DNA of 63,953 nt, the filler included, from Guillardia theta CCMP2712 (Eukaryota > Protista > Cryptophyta): assembly GCF_000315625.1 (NCBI RefSeq). It is 5 parts of 5 records of this genome, joined end to end, with 100 filler letters (N's around TTAATTAATTAA, not from the genome) between each part and the next. Parts side by side here need not be neighbours in the genome. Positions count along the whole stretch, not along the records: positions 56,972 to 62,521 come from NW_005434198.1; positions 62,622 to 63,953 come from NW_005434528.1; 3 more parts are not named here. One strand, 5' to 3'. The number at the start of each line of letters is the position of its first letter. Within the stretch, counting starts at the first letter, position 1. Below are positions 60,828 through 63,953 of this stretch, piece after piece. The notes under the pieces were generated by a model, which had not been told where the DNA came from, made no database searches, and saw nothing but the letters and a program-made list of their open reading frames with translations. The translations under genes and the position numbers were made by a program.

Positions 60828-61982
60828 GCATCTTCTTGTTTCCACGATCTGTCTGCTTTGACACATGTCATATTATCTTTCCTTTTGCTGCCACCACATG
60901 CACCTTCTTGCTTATATATGAGAACAACATGAGATTCTCAGTCTCATATTGTTCTCAGTCTCATATTGTGCTCAGTCTTATGTTGTTCTCAGTCTTATTG
61001 TTCTCATTCTTATGTTGTTCTCGTGTTCTTTTTCATCTCATCTCGTTCTCAGGGCTGGCTCGGCTTCTACCTCGGGGCTTCTCTTGTCTGTCTGATAGTC
61101 ATCTTGTGGTACGCTGGATGGAAAGTTGATGCGATGAAGTGATGTTCACTTGTGTCAGGTTTGCTACATACTTTCCGGCCAAGGTGAATGACAAACGAGA
61201 TGAATATGAAGATGAAGGGACCGTGATGATTGAGATGATAGCAACCATGATGGGGATGAAGATGGAAATGTCGTTGTTGATGTTGTTGATGTTGTTGATG
61301 GTGAAGTTGATGATGATGGAGATGACGATGACGATGACGATGTTGTTGTCGTTGTTTCTCCTTTCTGTTGTTGATGATTATGGAGGCGATGATGGTGGTA
61401 GTGATGATGATGGCGATGACGACTCCGACGACGATGATAACATGATGATGACGTTGAACATGGTCATGATGGGGAGTATGATGCTCATAACGTCAAAAGA
61501 TACAGAATTTTTCAAATCTGCTTGTTTTCATCTTGGTGACCATCTCTTGCGACAGGACAAATGTCCTTACTGCTTCGATTCCCTGGATACAACTGTGCCT
61601 GTGTACAGGTGATCATGCACAAATCTTGCTTCTTTCACAAACAAGCACAATCTTGTTCTTTCAGCTTCTCTTCTTCTCATTTCTTCTCGCCCATCGTCCC
61701 ATTCCTTCTCTTCCCCTTCTGTCCCTCCACTCACTTTCCTTCCATTTCATTTTCACTTCTCCCCTCTCAGCTTTCTCCCCTCCTCATTTCAATTTTTCAC
61801 TGCCCATCATTTCACTCTCTCACTCGGATTTCACTGTGTTCTCTGTCTGTGTTGACTCAGCTCACCTCAGAGTCCTCTTCATGCCCATCCTCTGGTTGTG
61901 GTGCTGGTGTGGACTTTGCTACGTCTGGAAGGTCCGAAATCTTGAATACTCACTTGCTGTTCCATCGCTGATATTCCTGCTG

Positions 61983-62025
<43 letters not shown>

Positions 62026-62310
62026 TCCTCCTCCTCCTGCTCCTCCTCCTCCTCCTCCTCCTGCTCCTGCTCCTGCTCTTCCTTTTCCTCTACGTCTTCA
62101 TTTCCTATTCTCTCCTCGTTATCCTGCTCCTCCTCGTCCTGCTCCTCCTTCTGCTCCTGGTTTTCCTTTGTGTCCTGGTCGTCCTCTTCATCCTTTTTCT
62201 CGTCCTCGTCCTGTCTACTCTCCATCTTTGTCCGCCTGAACTTTCATTGCAGGAGTTCTCAGTCAATTATCCTTTCATCATGTCTATCAACCCCTACACA
62301 GAGCTCGGGT
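58557..62310 (+). CDS. SPX-EXS phosphate exporter (XPR1/PHO1/SYG1-like), many small exons, 3' partial
   Basis: MKFGKFL (58557), WEDYYVDYKKL (~58662) and LNFTGLSKALKKYNK (~59881) form the SPX domain. RVLFMPILWLWCWCGLCYVWK and EFSVNYPFIMSINP (61868-62300) match the membrane region of SPX-EXS proteins. Confidence 0.8.
60697..60825 (+). repeat. (GATGAC)n/(GAT)n intronic microsatellite
   Basis: Read directly from the sequence. Confidence 0.95.
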
Positions 62311-62431
62311 GCATTTTCTCCTTCTCCTCCTTCCTGTCCTTGCTCCCTTTCCTTCTTGTCTACTCCTGAGCTTCTGCTCCTGCTGCTTCCTTTTCTTCTA
62401 CCCCTCCTGCTCCTGCTCCTGCTCTTGCTCT

Positions 62432-62462
<31 letters not shown>

Positions 62463-62490
62463 TCCCCGACTCCACCTGCTCCTGCTCCAT

Positions 62491-62521
<31 letters not shown>

Positions 62522-62621
62522 NNNNNNNNNNNNNNNNNNNNNNNNNNNNNNNNNNNNNNNNNNNNTTAATTAATTAANNNNNNNNNNNNNNNNNNNNNNN
62601 NNNNNNNNNNNNNNNNNNNNN

Positions 62622-62672
<51 letters not shown>

Positions 62673-62826
62673 TCTCAACGATTCTTTCTTCTCCTCCTCC
62701 CACCTGCTAAGCTCGGAGCGTTCTAGGTTGGAGGCAACGACGACAGCCAACGCCATGATCCTATCAGGTGGTCGATGACTTTGCGCCACTTGGCTGTGAC
62801 CTGCTTCGATTTTCCAGCTCTGGTCA

Positions 62827-63953
62827 TGGCTGACAAGGCTGCTGGGGGGGAGGTGGATGTCGTTTCGATCTAGCTGCTGAGTTTGACCCTGAACTTCTTC
62901 TCCTGCTCTCTCCTCCTCCCGCTAGGTCGTCGACCTTCGCATCCTTCAAAACCTGGGCAACTTCATCGTGGAAATGCAGAGGAGGGACGGACTTTTCTAC
63001 AGGACGGTTCTCCTCGACTCCTCCTCCTCCTCCTCCTCCATGTCCTCCTCCTCCACCTCTCCTTCCTCCCCCTCCTCCTCCTCCTCCCTTCAGGCCTCCC
63101 GCGAGGAAGTCTGCGGTACTGGCTCCTTGCTATGCTCCCTTGAACGCTGATGGAGGGGACAGGGAGCATGGGCCTTGCCCTCTACGCGCTGCTCCTCCTC
63201 TCCGACCTCGACAGGTTCCCAGCTCTCGACGAGGAGGAAGGAGAATGAAGGGGATGCAGGGAGATTATCAACGGCGTCTCCTGCCCTGGGTCCTCGTGGC
63301 TGAAGCCTGCGATACGAGGATTCATGGGTGAGGCCATGGGCAGCGTGAGCAAGGGAGAGGAGGAGGACGAGGAGTAGATGGAGGAGGAAGAGGGAAGGAT
63401 TAGGAGAGAAGGAGCAGGGGCAGGGGCAGGGGCAGGGGCAGGGGCAGGGGCAGGGGCAGGGGCAGGGGCAGGGGCAGGGGCAGGGGCAGGGGCAGGAGGT
63501 TGTGGCGTTGGAACAGCAGCAGGGGGTTGATTGATTTTCGTGGGTTTTCAGGGATCGCAAGGGAGGAAGAAAGGATGCGGCTCAGTAACGTTCACTACAA
63601 GATGCCGACGCACTACTGGGTAAGAGCTGGGAGGGGAGGGGAGGACGAGCACGAGCACGAGCACTAGGAGGAAGGAGGAAGGAGGAGGACAAGGAGGAGG
63701 AGGAGAAAAGAGGAGGAGGAGAAAAGAGGAGGAGGAGGAGGAGGAGGAGTGGGAAAGGAAGAGAGCGGGAGGGAAAAGGAGAGATGGGGAGGAGAGGAGA
63801 CCCTGTTGAAGAGAAGCGAGAGGGATGGAGAGGAGGAGGGAGGAGGGGGAAGGAATCGACCTGACGAACAGCAGTATGTGATCGCAGCAGGAGAGCTTCT
63901 GCGCGAGGATGCACCCTACCTGAACCAGAGCTCGCTTCCTCAGTGGTGAGAAC
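62827..63953 (+). CDS. Multi-exon hypothetical gene fragment in the last contig
   Basis: Short AG/GT-bounded exons (VVDLRILQNLGNFIVEMQ; EIINGVSCPGSSWLKPAIRGFM; IAREEERMRLSNVHYKMPTHYW; ELLREDAPYLNQSSLPQW) separated by (ggggca)n and purine-rich introns. Relationship to the SPX gene unknown. Confidence 0.4.

Overview
Eukaryotic nuclear DNA with short GT-AG introns and many (CTGCTC)n, (CTCTG)n and (GAT)n microsatellites. The style suggests a cryptophyte alga such as Guillardia theta; this is inference and was not searched. Four artificial N-TTAATTAATTAA-N linkers (30743, 51558, 56916, 62566) split the window into five contig blocks. Block 1 (1-30.7 kb) is a mosaic, segmentally duplicated accessory locus. 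It carries three paralogous genes that fuse an R-S-ExE (cholera-toxin-like, arginine-specific) ADP-ribosyltransferase domain to a C-terminal array of near-identical 35-aa (105-bp) ankyrin repeats. These repeats vary mainly at the ligand-contact positions (the ones randomised in DARPins), differ in number between paralogs, and look combinatorially shuffled. Between the paralogs, short shared modules flank different cargo: a secreted VLR-like LRR gene, an RCC1-like fragment, a kinase fragment plus armadillo repeats, RAD5/SNF2 pseudogene fragments, and a 5'-truncated RLE-type non-LTR retrotransposon. This is the best candidate for an undescribed diversified sensor-effector (immunity/conflict) system. 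The rest (30.8-64 kb) is more ordinary gene-rich DNA: a secreted 2xLysM protein, PDZ-like genes, hypothetical proteins, a CobW/COG0523 GTPase, a giant IPT/TIG-repeat protein and an SPX-EXS (XPR1/PHO1-like) gene.
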